From the NCBI GenBank assembly GCA_964016885.1, contig OZ024757.1:20274001-20338000 (forward strand): DNA of 64,000 bases. The letters are read 5' to 3'. Position 1 is the first letter of the stretch. Each line of letters starts with the position of its first letter. This DNA comes from Eledone cirrhosa (Eukaryota). Positions 28,069-40,986 of the stretch are shown piece after piece. Position numbers and translations under genes: made by a program. The notes beneath the pieces are model-generated. The model saw only the letters and a program-made list of their open reading frames with translations, did not search any database and was not told the DNA's origin.

Positions 28069-28213
28069 CCTCATTTTATTCATGGTTTCACGTAATTGTT
28101 CGAGTTGATGAGCTGAGGTTAATGCTTCTAAGCGTATATCTGTCAACTTCATGTCTTTTTCACGGAGTTGTTTGCGCAGTTCACTTACGGTCGAGTCCTC
28201 CGATTCGCAAATT
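28069..28213 (-). CDS. NAV2: Neuron navigator exon (ICESEDSTVSELRKQLREKDMKLTDIRLEALTSAHQLEQLRETMNKMR)
   Basis: caatttttag|A ATT...AGG|gtatgt; 145 nt, phase 2-0; conserved NAV coiled coil LTDIRLEALxSAHQL. Confidence 0.95.
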
Positions 28214-28556
28214 CTAAAAATTGACAAGAAGGAAAAAAAAAAGCAATTTAGAAAGATTATGTAAACACACACACACATATAATTAATCATCATTTTACGT
28301 CCGCTTTTCCCTGCTTGCAAGGGTTGGACGACGATGATGATGACGACGACGACGACGACGATGATTTCATAGTGTTTGGCAGTAGTATATATACTGCTTG
28401 GATGCCCTTCCTAACACATTATGTGTTAGTTTAACACCAACACTTCAGTATGCAGGGTAGAGCACTCAACAAAGTCCACAAGAGGATCTGTTAACTCCGA
28501 AGTAAATTTATAAACAAGAGGTATAAGTCAACATTTCATAATTTATTTATTTTATT

Positions 28557-28615
28557 ACCGTTATATATATTTCGGTGATAGCCACAATTCAACAGCTATG
28601 ACCTCTTCAGACAGT
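28557..28615 (-). ncRNA. Type I hammerhead ribozyme fold
   Basis: ACUGU CUGAAGA GGUcAUAGC...GCUAUcACC GAAA UAUAUA UA^ACGGU. Confidence 0.65.
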
Positions 28616-31129
28616 TAGAAGCAACACATAGAAAACAAAATTTATCTTAGAGAAAATAATACCAGAGAAAATTCAAGTTTTTAACAGTTATTTTTACTTT
28701 CTGATATTTTCACTTGTTTTGGTGTGCAACATCTACGAGCTTTAAGGACAGATGGTATAACCACTGCCACTCCTTTAATAGGGTGGATAAACAAAAGAAC
28801 TGATTTGGAAGCTCAAGTCGGACAATATCCCATACTCTTTAGTATGGTCGAAGGTTAGGGAGGTATTCCCTGACAGGGGTAGGTCTGGCATTTGTAGGCT
28901 CTGTTTGAGTGAGACCCAAGAAATACTCAGAGGTGGAAAGCAGATAATTAATCGTAGGGCTGACCTTTTTGGTGGTTGTCGAAACCAAAGAATGGTACTT
29001 TCCGCAAGCTATATGGTTAGCAGCCGTGCCATGTAGAGCCCTTAATGGACTACACCACATCATTTTTTGCAGTGTGCCTTAGAGACATACTTGCCTTGTG
29101 GTAGGACCCATGCCAAGATTTCCACATACTGACTTAATTCGATAAAATAAAGTACCAGTAATATATTGGGTAATTGCTGGTCTTGTGCCAAAAGTAGAAA
29201 CAATTATTATAATAAAGTGTGATGGATTGGCAGTATCAGTAGAGGGTCTGATGCCATGCTTTGCAGCATAGAATTACGGCCCTTTATGGTCTGAGTTCAA
29301 ATCCCGCCGAGGTTAACTTCGTCTTTCATCCTTACGGGGTCGATAAAATAAAGCACAACCCATATTGATAGTCCCTCCTTAAGAATGTATATATGATACT
29401 CGCTAGACTGTGTCACAAAATTCCTCCAGTTGTTGTTATATCAAAAGTGTTACTGTATGAAACTGACCAATGGGAATGCACCATATTAACACCATACATG
29501 AAAGCAGTATGATGATATGTTACCATGACGTTGACATAACAACATCAATAAGCTGGTCTAAATTATCTAATGCCAGTGCTTACACACAAGGGATGTCTCA
29601 ATGCAAATTATGTAATATGGAATTACTCCATATTTTTACAATACAATAACGAATTACTAAATAACAAAATTGAACTGACAATTTACTGTAGGCTTAAAGT
29701 CGTCAACGCATTCATAAACTACCAACCAAAATAAGCAGGATTCGATCCAATAACCTAACTGTTTGTATAAACATAATAACTTCCCAGGCTTATAGTGTCT
29801 GAAAACTTGGCCCCACTGGGCATCTTAAACATCTCTCTTATCACCATAAAAGGACACCACATCTCAAATCTACCCTAACTTATCTTACAAGCATAGCCAT
29901 TTATCTATCACCAACCGTAATAAACAAGTAGAGACACAAATCCACCTTCCATAGACATCAAAGGATGTACCATTAACCAATCAAATGCAATGAACACACT
30001 CTTAACCAATCAGATGCAAGAAAAGCTGGCAGTCTAAAAACACTCCCAGAGTGAATAGGAATTCTATCTTTTTACTAGACAACCTTCCAATTCTCTTACC
30101 CTCACATATGGTATCAATCATTATCATTGTTGCTCTCATTCTATACCTCTACTACCTTAACCCTGCATCTTTATTACCCATCGGACATATAAATCCTACA
30201 TGTATATCTTTTAATTTACTTCACTTGATTTTATTATTGTTTCTCACCCTGTTATTTTTCATTTTAATGTCTGTACACCTATATCTATATTTTAATTTTA
30301 TTTTATTTTATTTTATTTTATTTTATTTCATTTTGCTTTTCATCTTGTTATTTTTCATATTAATGTCTGTACACCTATATCTATATTTTTATTTTTTTTT
30401 TCATTTTATTTTATTTTATTTTATCTTATTTCATTTTGCTTTTCATCTTGTTATTTTTCATATTAATGTCTGTACACCTCAGTATAAATGCACTGTATCA
30501 CCAGTTCCCAAACAGTATTTTGATAATTTGGCTAGTATGAGCAGTATTTAAAATCGAGTGTCACAACATCATTGCATATAGTGATTTTAAGACGCATGCA
30601 ACCACATACTAGCCAATAAAACATTTGTTAATACTTCGAATAAACCCTACTGTATAACTTATCTGTGTTTTTCTTCATTATATATATATGGCAGTCTACC
30701 GATGGTTGAATCGTCAAGATTCGTAAATTCTAAACATATGAATGGAGGTGACCCAGCATGGCCTGAGCCCATCCGTTTGAACAGATAAAGGATAAAAGAT
30801 AAAAAGTTGAGGTATTTTGCAAAGCAGTCCCTGGAAAGGGACAATGCAGTTATTAATAAGAAGAGTTGGAATTAGTGCCAGCAAGATTTCACAGCTCTAG
30901 CATCACACCTTCACAGTCAGCCTATTAACTTTTCCGCTGACCTTTGTACTTTTTTACAGCATATGAAGCATAGTTATTTCAAAGACCCGATCCTCAAGAT
31001 TACAGAACTCTATAAATAACCAGCTTATTTTACACAGGGGCTCACCATATGGAGTTTCTACCTACTTCTTTATTGCGTCTGAAGCATAGTTATTTAAAAA
31101 ACCTGGCATCAAAGATTCAAAACTTTATA

Positions 31130-31460
31130 ACAGAATAATTAGCAGAATAAGGAGAGCTTTGGCTACCATTAAGCAACTCAACAAGATCTGGAGAAGCAAA
31201 ATACTTACAATTGGTACCAAGATGAGATTTTACAACAGCAATGTGCTTTCAACACCCCTGTATAGGTACTTAACATGGAGTCTAAACACAAGCCAAGAGA
31301 ACCAATTCGATTCTTTCCACACGAAATGCCTACGGAAAATCCTTGACATCAGGTGAGATGACTTGATCACCAACAAAGAAATCCTTCAACAAACCCACCA
31401 ACGTGTGTCTGACATCATGTGCAAGCATCAACTTGGCTGGTTGGGACATGTATGGAAGTT
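31130..31460 (+). mobile_element. Old LINE post-RT fragment
   Basis: LNKIWRSK...TKMRFYNSNVLS...CLRKILDI...LGWLGHV. Confidence 0.65.
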
Positions 31461-32053
31461 TAAACCCCCCCCCCCCCTCTTGTCAACTATATATATATGT
31501 ATATCATCATCATCATCATTTTACGTCCGCTTTTCCCTGCTTGCAAGGGTGGGATGGGAACTGATTCTGCCTTGATTTCTACAGCTGGATGCCCTTCCTA
31601 ACACCAACCTCATTTACAGTGAGTGCTGGGTGCTTTTTTTTTCCGTGGCGCCTACACGTCCACTTTGCAGTGGAATGATTTGGACCCCAGTCGCTATCAT
31701 CTCATTTCTACAGCTGAGTAAACTGGAGCATTGTGAAATAAAGTGTCTTGCTCAAGGAAACAACACATCACCCGGTCTGAGCATTGAACTCACAACCTTT
31801 CGATTGCAAGGCTAATGATCTAACCACTCACACACACACTTGGTGTCTCTAGTTTAGAATTAGTACACTATATCCCTGTTGTGTGTTCTATGAAATGACT
31901 GAAATGGGTTGGTATCAAGAAGGGCATCTGGTTGTAAAACATTCCCTCAAAAAGTCCTGTCCAACCCATGCCAGTATGGAAAAGTTGATGTAAGATCGAT
32001 GATGATTATGAATGTGTGTGTAAATGCTTCGTAAGCCCCAAGGGTCATTTTAA

Positions 32054-32525
32054 CCCTTTAGTATTTACATTACTCTATATATACTATTATATTTTCATGG
32101 TAAAGGCTTTACCTCACAATAATATCTCACATAACATTTACATTACTCTATATATACTATTATATTTTCATGGTAAAGTCTTTATCTCACATAACATTTA
32201 CATTACTCTATATATACTATTATATTTTCATGGTAAAGGCTTTACCTCACATAATATCTCACATAACATTCACATTACTCTATATATACTATTATATTTT
32301 CATAGTAAAGGCTTTACCTCACATAACATTCATATTACTCTATATATACTATTGTATTTTCATGGTAAAGGCTTTACCTCACATAATATCAAATCTATGA
32401 GATTTTGAAAGTATTTATTTTGAGAACAATACCATAACATCAGTTTGAGTGACCAGTTACAGCCAGTTTCAACAGAAAGAGGTAGAGAATTCTGGTCGGT
32501 TTTGACCGGTTTGAACATTAAAGGG
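32054..32525. mobile_element. piggyBac-type MITE with internal 60/71-bp minisatellite
   Basis: TTAA|CCCTTTA...TAAAGGG|TTAT; same internal sequence as the 44123 and 45245 copies. Confidence 0.75.
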
Positions 32526-33203
32526 TTATGGTGTGGTGTCAATCCTCTAACTTTATGGCATTATGCAGACGTGAGATATAAATCTCTCTCTACAGATAGG
32601 ACACCAGTCTATCACAGGTAACATTATCAGATAATAGTCTGATCTTCTCATCTGAACAGGTGAGGTGAACTCAGCTAACAGAAAATACATAAAGGGTATG
32701 TGTATGGTGTGCACATGTGTATGTGTATCGTGTTTGTGTGTGTGTGTGTGTGTGTATTGTATTTGTGTGGGTGATATTTGTGTGTGTGGTGTGTGTGTAC
32801 ATGTATGGTATTTGTGTGTATGTGTGTGGCATTGTATTTGTGTGGGTGATATTTGTGTGTGTGGTGTGTGTGTGTGTGTATTGTATTTGTGTGTGTGGTG
32901 TGTGTGTGTGTGTGTATTGTATTTGTGTGGGTGATATTTGTGTGTGTGGTGTGTGTGTGTGTGTATTGTATTTGTGTGGGTGATATTTGTGTGTGTGGTG
33001 TGTGTGTGTACATGTATGGTATTTGTGTGTATGTGTGTGGCATTGTATGTGTATGTGTCATGTTTGTGAGTGCATGTGTGCACATGCACATGTGTGTGTG
33101 AAGCATGTATGTGTGTGGTGAAGCATGTGTGTGTGTGTGTAGAAATGTGTACATGACTTCATATGCGTATGAAATTTGAAAAAAAAAAAAAAAAAACTCC
33201 CCC

Positions 33204-33715
33204 CCCAAAATTGAACAAAACATTGTTTAAAATCTACTCGCGCTCCAGAAGAATGTGAGCCCTTGATCCCAAAATTGAACAAAACATTGTTTAAAATCTA
33301 CTCGCGCTCCAGAAGAATGTGAGCCCTTGATCCCAAAATTGAACAAAACATTGTTTAAAATCTACTCACGCTCCAGAAGAATGTGAGCCCTTGATCCCAA
33401 AATTGAACAAAACATTGTTTAAAATCTACTCACGCTCCAGAAGAATGTGAGCCCTTGATCCCAAAATTGAACAAAACATTGTTTAAAATCTACTCACGCT
33501 CCAGAAGAATGTGAGCCCTTGATCCCAAAATTGAACAAAACATTGTTTAAAATCTACTCACGCTCCAGAAGAATGTGAGCCCTTGATCCCAAAATTGAAC
33601 AAAACATTGTTTAAAATCTACTCACGCTCCAGAAGAATGTGAGCCCTTGATCCCAAAATTGAACAAAACATTGTTTAAAATCTACTCACGCTCCAGAAGA
33701 ATGTGAGCCCTTGAT
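33204..33715. repeat. 64-bp x8 tandem array containing the NAV exon end and 5' splice site
   Basis: Units start at 33204, 33268 ... 33652; the last unit overlaps the real exon. Confidence 0.95.
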
Positions 33716-33868
33716 GGATCCAGGGCCGTTGAGATGTGAAAGTTGTAAAAGAGGAGAGTTTGGAGCAGAACAGTTAGATCTTAGACTGGTGGTATCAGGT
33801 TCCACATCAGACATTGATCCATGTTTGTTTTTCTTGCGAGAGAAGGCTTTACTGAATGAACTACGCAG
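33690..33868 (-). CDS. NAV2: Neuron navigator exon (LRSSFSKAFSRKKNKHGSMSDVE...SAPNSPLL...SHSSGA)
   Basis: tttctatttcag|CTG...GGAGC|gtgagt; 179 nt, phase 0-2; W|LRSSFxKAF is the NAV signature. Confidence 0.93.
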
Positions 33869-33948
33869 CTGAAATAGAAAGAAAGGGTGAATGAGTGAGA
33901 GAGAATAAGAGAGAGAGAGAGAGAGAGTACTATATGTATGTATATATT

Positions 33949-34011
<63 letters not shown>

Positions 34012-34569
34012 TCATCATCATCATCATCATCAACGTTTAACGTCCGTGTTCCATGCTTGCATGGGTTTGGACGGGGGTAGTCCCACTTGAGGCAAGAGTG
34101 ATTGTCTTGCTCGCATAGGACTGTCTGGCAGGTTTTCTACAGCTGGATGCCCTTCCTAACACCAACCACATTTACAGTGTGGGTCTGGGAGGTTTTTACC
34201 GTGTTACCTACACGGCCACATTACAGCGTGGACTGTGTGTTTTTTTGTCGTGACACCTACACGATCTCATTTGTTTCGGCCTGGATGGTGTGGCACCAAC
34301 ATAACTTTACATAGAACGGGGTGGTGTGGATGGGGTGGGGGTGGTGGCGGGACGGAGTGTATTTTGTTAGAGATGCCTACTGGCAAGGCGGGTCTTCTCT
34401 GTTACTGAGTACCGCCAAAGGTCACGGTCCAGTGACATTGTCTTGGAGAGGTGTAAGATATATATATATATATATATATATAGTACGTTATTCCGGGTTG
34501 AATCGGAGGTAACCACAGTAAGTAAGGTACTCAATACATTGCAGAGTATAAAAGTTTTAATATAGATGA

Positions 34570-34618
34570 AATTCTACAGGACTAGAACTGTTTCATTCTT
34601 TAGAAATCATCAGGAATC
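34570..34618 (-). ncRNA. Type I hammerhead ribozyme fold
   Basis: GAUUC CUGAUGA uUUC-uaaa-GAAu GAA ACAG-uucuaguc-CUGU A^GAAUU. Confidence 0.55.
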
Positions 34619-35247
34619 TGGGTATCAAAAAATAAATATGGCATTTATAGGTCTCTACAAGTGGTAGGAGAGGGTGGGGAGTGGGATGGGTGTAGGTCAT
34701 TGGTTGATAGAAAAGGGAGTTCATTAAAATATATATATATTTATTAGTTAAGCAAAACAAGACCACAAATTTCACAAGGAAGACATTATTAAAAGATTGT
34801 CAACATATTTTAGTTTGATGTAAGGAATGTAGAGAATAATAATCATAATATTAATAATACTAATAATGTCCGTTTACAATTGTTTCGCTACTCCATATAA
34901 TATTTCTGGATCAGATGACTATATATCATAATTGATCTGGTTCAGTTGAAAATAATTAACATATTTAAAAAACAGAGTGGCTCATCGGAACTTCAAAGGA
35001 ATATAAATTAAAATAATGGGATAATGTTACATAATATAATGTTCCATATATTGGTTTTTACTATGGTGTCTTGGTTGCATCCACAGGCAGATCTCACACA
35101 ATGCAGCCTCGACAGATGAATACTGCTTGATTATGGCTGACAACTGATGCAACCAAGACATATATATAAATATATATATACATATATATATATAAATATA
35201 TATACACACACACACACATATATATATATATCTATATAAATATATAT

Positions 35248-35284
<37 letters not shown>

Positions 35285-35293
35285 AATATATAT

Positions 35294-35326
<33 letters not shown>

Positions 35327-35407
35327 AATATATATACACACACACACATATATATATATATATAAATATATATACACACACACACACACATATATATAAA
35401 TATATAT

Positions 35408-35452
<45 letters not shown>

Positions 35453-35565
35453 TATATACACACACATACACACATATATATATATAAATAAATATATATA
35501 CACACACACACATATATATATATAGATATAAATATATATACACACACACACATATATATATATAA

Positions 35566-35633
<68 letters not shown>

Positions 35634-35703
35634 CAGCACATAGACAATGATAGCTGGTGAAATATAAGAGAGAATAAGAAAAAAGAAAGAGAAATCCACT
35701 TAC

Positions 35704-35849
35704 CCAGCCCTTCTTTTTGTTCTTTTTCTTGCCGATGTCACCATCTGTGGCAGCTGACTGCTGACTGGCAGCACTGCAGGCACTAGACAAACTGTTAATA
35801 CTGGACATGCTGTCAGAGGACATCTGCCGGATAATTCGAGCTTCTGATC
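35704..35849 (-). CDS. NAV2: Neuron navigator exon ([26 protein letters not shown]...KKKNKKKGW)
   Basis: Phase 1-0, TGG|gtaagt donor; NAV SSDSxSSINS and KKKKxW motifs; in-frame alternative acceptors give exon starts at 35843 or 35840. Confidence 0.92.
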
Positions 35850-36183
35850 CTTCAGGAAATAAACAAACAATTAATGGGGTTTTAATCTTTAAAAATAAGC
35901 AATAATCAAGGTTAACCCTCTCATCACCATATCTATAGACTACTAAAACCCTGTGATTGTGTGCTTGCTTGTCTGTAATTTAATACAGCAAAAATGGTGC
36001 ATCATGGGAAAATACTTTGAAAGGAAGTTGCCCCCGAAATGGGAATACAAATGGAATAAAACGAGTTTCATGTAAATTGGAGCACAGGTTCTTTTTCCAG
36101 GTACCTTCATAAATATAGAGAGAAAAAGATAGAGAAAGAGATAGTAGTTATGAGAGAGAGCAAGAGAGAGAAAGAGATAGTAG

Positions 36184-36221
<38 letters not shown>

Positions 36222-36339
36222 AGAGAGGGAGAGAGAGAGAGGGAGAGAGAGAGAGAGAGAGCTGGTGGTGTTGTTGATTGAAATTATAACAAGTGATTTC
36301 AAAGAATCGAATGCAGCATTACTGTATCTATGTATCTAT

Positions 36340-36750
36340 CTATCTAGGGCGGGTAAAATTCCAGGGATCCATGGACGAGTTCTCTCCCTCATTATCGCTG
36401 CCATGTCCTGCGTCTCCAGCAGACCAGTGTCTGTCCTTAGGGCATCAACATATGTTAACTTTGGTCTTCCTCTTCCTGTGTGTTCATGCAGGGGCTCCCA
36501 CAGGAGCACTGAGTGAAGTGTCAACTCTGGATGTCGGTGAGCATGTCCAGCTAACTTCAGTCTCCTTTGTGTCACTTTTGAGCTGACTTTTGAGAGGCTC
36601 CCGTACAGCTCTGAGTTCTTCATCCTCAGTGTATACTGATTAATGTTCAGAGCCATCCTCAGCATTCTCGTGTAGCACCCATCCACCATCTGAGTGAGTT
36701 TCAGACCGTTACAGCAGCACAGACTCCATTACAGCAATGAAGAGGCGAAT
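36340..36750 (-). mobile_element. LINE 3' fragment (post-RT region), same family as 56600-57110 and 9657-9810
   Basis: MVDGCYTRMLRMALNI...RRLKLAGHAHRH...GRGRPKLTYVD; (TAGA)n tail. Confidence 0.8.
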
Positions 36751-36819
36751 CTATGTATGTAGCGAATATTTCCTGCTAAATAGAAAGTGTTTCTAAGTGT
36801 GTGTGTGTATGTATATATA

Positions 36820-37612
36820 TCATCATCATCATCATCGTTTAACGTCTATCTTCCACGCTAGCATGAGTTAGACAGGAATTGTCCAGCTTGAGGCAAGATT
36901 GGTCGGGCGACCGTGTCTCGCTCGTATACGACTATCTGGCAGGTTTTCTACGGCTGGATGCCCTTCCTAACACCAACCACATTTACAGTGTGGACTGGGA
37001 GCTTTTTACCGTGTTACCTACACAACCACATTACAGCGTGGACTGTGTGTTTTTTTGTCGTGACACCTACACAACCTCATTAGTTTGGACTGGATGTTGT
37101 GGTACCAACATAACTTTACAAAGAAAGGTGGTGTTGGTGGGAGTGGGAGGATGGAGTAGGGGTAGTGGGTTGGAGTGTATATTTGGTTAAGAGGTGCCTA
37201 CTGACTGTAGGTTTCGCTTTGTACATAGACAAGGCGGGTCTTCTGTATTACTGCATGGCGCCAAAGATCTCGGTCCAGTGACATTGTCTTAGAGAGGTGC
37301 AAGTGTCTAAGGTCGGAATTTATCGGATCATCCCAGGTTTTTCTGGGTCTGCCTACTCCGTAACTTCCAACAATTTTGATCGCCCTGCATTTTTTTATAT
37401 AGCTGTCGTTTTTTTTTGCGCATCACATGACCATACCAATGTAGTCTTCTCTCAAGTAAACAACATCTGATCCCTCTTATTCCTAATTTCTCACTTAGTT
37501 CATTTATGTTTTGCCGTTCGCATATATTACTATTACACATCCAACGGAGCATGCAAGCTTTGTTCCTCTCCAGTCTATGTAGGTTCTCTGCACACAATGC
37601 CCATGTCTCACT
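36820..37612 (-). mobile_element. RTE LINE 3' end with complete 3' UTR and (GAT)n tail
   Basis: MLRWMCN...LREKLGIRGI...RRLxWYGHV, then the UTR shared with SINE A. Confidence 0.85.
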
Positions 37613-37700
37613 GCGCCATGTATATCATCATCATCATCATCATCATCATCGTTTAACGTCCATCTTCCACGCTAGCATGGGTTAGACGAGAATAATGAGC

Positions 37701-37770
37701 CTCTCCGACAGGGAATCGAACCCCGGTCTCCTGCGTGGCAGGCTGTGATACTTACCACTATACTACCAAG
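37701..37770 (-). pseudogene. tRNA-Asp-derived pseudogene (anticodon GTC changed to GCC)
   Basis: cttggtagtatagtggtaagtatcacagcctgccacgcaggagaccggggttcgattccctgtcggagag resembles eukaryotic tRNA-Asp(GTC) but has mismatched anticodon and acceptor stems. Confidence 0.75.
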
Positions 37771-37771
37771 T

Positions 37772-37802
<31 letters not shown>

Positions 37803-38582
37803 TATATACGTGTGTTTGTGTGTGACCAGTGTTTATAGGTCACAGACACCCACATATATATATATATATAGGCCTTCCAATTTTATTTTACATATATTTT
37901 TAAGTCACGAAGTGGTCTACTTATAATTTTCAAATCATTTTGAAAATATTCAAGAATTTGGAAGGATTCAGTAATATAACAAACTTTCCCATTGTTAAGG
38001 CTGGTGTTTGGAACATAACTTAACCATTTCATTACCGTATTTCTATTGAAAGACATTGCCTATGGCTTTCAAATAATTTTGGAAAAAAAATTCAAGAATT
38101 TGGAAGGAATTATTAATATAACTAACTTTCTTATCGTTAAACTTTAACCATTCCATTACCATATTTCCAATGAAAAACACTGCTTATGATTTTCAAATCA
38201 GTTTCGAAATAATCAAGAATTTCAAAGGATTTAGTAATATAACTATCTTTCTTATTGTTAAGCTTGGAATGTAACAAAAATTCTTGCATAAAATTATGAT
38301 GGAAAACTTTCAGATAATTATGAATAATTTAAAACAAACAGTATTGTATCATAGAACAAAGGGTGGTTTCAAATTTTCTCAACTATCATCTACAGAGATA
38401 GACTGTTATTACAATTATTTTCTGCATTTGGGACTCACGAGCAAATATAAAATATTACAAAACAAATTCTTTAATGGGGTTTGAATATCATAAACTCAGA
38501 AGTGTTTTCAGGTAAGTTGGGTATTGAAGGTGTTAATGAATTTAAAAAATGGTGCAAGTAATAATTGTGAAGCTTTTCTTAC

Positions 38583-38706
38583 CTCCTGCAGCAGGAGAGG
38601 TATGTCTACGTCCAATATTTGGACTGATTGTTGAGTCAGGGTTATTTAATCCACTCTGTCGCTTTAAGGCCTCAATTGTAGCTCTCAATTCATTAAGCTC
38701 CGAATC
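38583..38706 (-). CDS. NAV2: Neuron navigator exon (DSELNELRATIEALKRQSGLNNPDSTISPNIGRRHTSPAAG)
   Basis: tttttcag|GAT...GGAG|gtaaga; 124 nt, phase 0-1; DSELNELRxTIE continues AEQK as in NAV proteins. Confidence 0.92.
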
Positions 38707-39536
38707 CTGAAAAAATATAGGAAAGAGGATAAAAAAAAAAAAAATAATTGAAAATTAAATAATTTTTCAAATTTGAGTTCTTGATTCAGCTTAAATATTT
38801 AAAAATAATTTTTTTGGTATTTCCATTCAATTGTGGCCATCTTCCAATATGTTTTTTAAGGAGAGCATATCTTTCAATAATGTTTTATTTAATAAAGCCT
38901 AAAATCTGTGTGCTCTGATGGCACCAAGAAGAAAAAATGTACTGTATGTACTCAAATATGGGCTGACCTCCCTATTTTATGCTTGAGAAATGGGTAAAAA
39001 TCCAAACCCCCACTTATAAACTGAGGCAGCTAATCAACATATGTTTAAATGGCAAATTTTTGCCAACCTTCCATTTTACCTTTGATTTTTATTCAAGTAT
39101 ATACGCTAATGTCAGAGGGATAAAAAAGGTTTGGAGTTTTTTTTTTAATAATTAAAATTAATAATATGAAGTGATTGAATTTGGTAATTAATACATTTCC
39201 ATCATTTTTTTTTTTCAGTTGTTGTTATCAACCAATCAAAATTGTTGAATATTTCATTATGGTTAAATACAAAGGAAATAAATATGTTAAAATCAATATA
39301 ATTAGTTGAAATAAAAAATGGATAAAATTCACTGACAAGATCAGATTAGATTAAACTGAAAAAATTAAACTAACAGCAAAAAAAGACACATGCACACACG
39401 TGTGTGTGTGTGTGTGTATGTATGTATATATATATATATATATATATGTGTAAAAGGTAAACAGAAATAACAACACAATCGGTACAGTATATGGAAGGTA
39501 TATATTAAATTAACGCTTGATATAGCAGGAAGAGGG

Positions 39537-39573
39537 TCTTAACGTTTCGGACGCTAGTCCTTCATCAGAAGAA
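39537..39573 (-). ncRNA. Minimal hammerhead ribozyme fold (dimer type)
   Basis: ucuu CUGAUGA a GGAC-uagc-GUCC GAAACGUUA aga, with palindromic AACGUU stem III. Confidence 0.6.
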
Positions 39574-39789
39574 AGAATGAGAGATAAAATAGATTGAGGG
39601 GATGGGCAGGTTGGAATTGGAAAAAATGTCTTTAGATAAAAATAACAGGTCCATTCATATGAGGGAAATATATATGATTTTTATCAGGTATCTATATTTT
39701 AAATTTTTGTTAAATTTTAATATCATACAGTTACAAGCTATGTATTCTTACATTCTATACAGACAATCTGGCATTCAGCATGCAAGTAT

Positions 39790-40960
39790 GAATGAGAGGA
39801 TAAGGAAAGAATGTTACAGGAGAGTATGCTGTTCCAATTGTCACTTATAGGTTCAGCGTGTTGAACTGGAATATAAGTGAAATTAAAAGAACCGACACCA
39901 AAATCCGTAAGTTACTAACTTGTAATAGGATGCACCACCCGAAGGCAGATGTGGATCGTCTTTGCCTTCCTAGAACTCAAGGAGGCCGTGGCCTAATCGA
40001 ATTTGAACTTACCTACAAGACCACCACTATTGGACTGACCAAATACCTTCAAACAACAAACGACTGTATGCTGAAACTCGAAAATCATGAAGTAAGAAGC
40101 TTCATTCTATCTTGAAGGAGAGCAAAAAGTATGTTACCGATCTCATGCTTGATACTCAAGATGGACAAACTAAGAGAATTGTGGCAACTGATGCTGCTAA
40201 GAATATAAAATAATGGCAAAAGCAAAAGGGCAAGAAAAATCAGCATCAAAGTGGTAGCAGAAACATCTACATGGCAAATATGTGGCCTATAGTAAACAAT
40301 CTGATGTTGACCAGAAGCACAGAAGTTATTTAACTCAGGGCTAAAAGCAGAGAGCGAAGGCTTTGTTTAAGCTGCCCAAGATCAAAGCTTTAAATCCAAA
40401 GTACCGATCCTGCAATGATGAGGTTGAAATAGTGGACCACTTAATCTCTGGATCGAAAGTTTTAATCCCAGTAGAGTACAAATATAGACAGAGTTGGCCA
40501 ATATCTAAACTGGGTAATATGTCGGCATTATAAAATCAAAGCTGCTGACAAGTGGTACAATCATCAAACTGAGGCTGTAACTGAAGGAGGAAAAGTAACG
40601 ATGCTTCGGGATTTTCCTGACATACTGACCGGACCATAAAAGCTAATAGACCAGATATCATTGTAAAAGACCAACATAGCAAGGTCTGTTTGTTGATTGA
40701 TAAGAGCATCCCATGTGATCACAATATCATGGCAAAAGAATTTGACAAGTTAAGAAAATATAAAGATCTGCTCAATGAAACTGAAAAAATGTGGCACCTC
40801 AAGGTCATTACAATATCAGTGATTGTTGGAGCACTGGGAATGAAAGAAAGGAACAGAACAGTATTTGAGAATGATCCCTGGTTTACCATCTATGCATGAG
40901 GTGCAAAAAATTGTTTTAATTGGTACTGCACACATATTGAGAAGAGTACTATCTCTTTGC
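39790..40960 (+). mobile_element. Degenerate Dong/R4-type non-LTR retrotransposon 3' part (restriction-like endonuclease)
   Basis: HHPKADVDRLxLPRxQGGRGL, E-x-VDHLISG, RPDIIVKD, KExxKLxKYKDL, IVGALG; many stops. Confidence 0.8.
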
Positions 40961-40986
40961 AAATTATGATCAATTTGATGTGTTAA

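Noticed and set aside
38503-38518. ttttcag|gtaagt recursive-splice-like motif
   Set aside because: On the + strand, antisense to the NAV gene; no + strand gene found.
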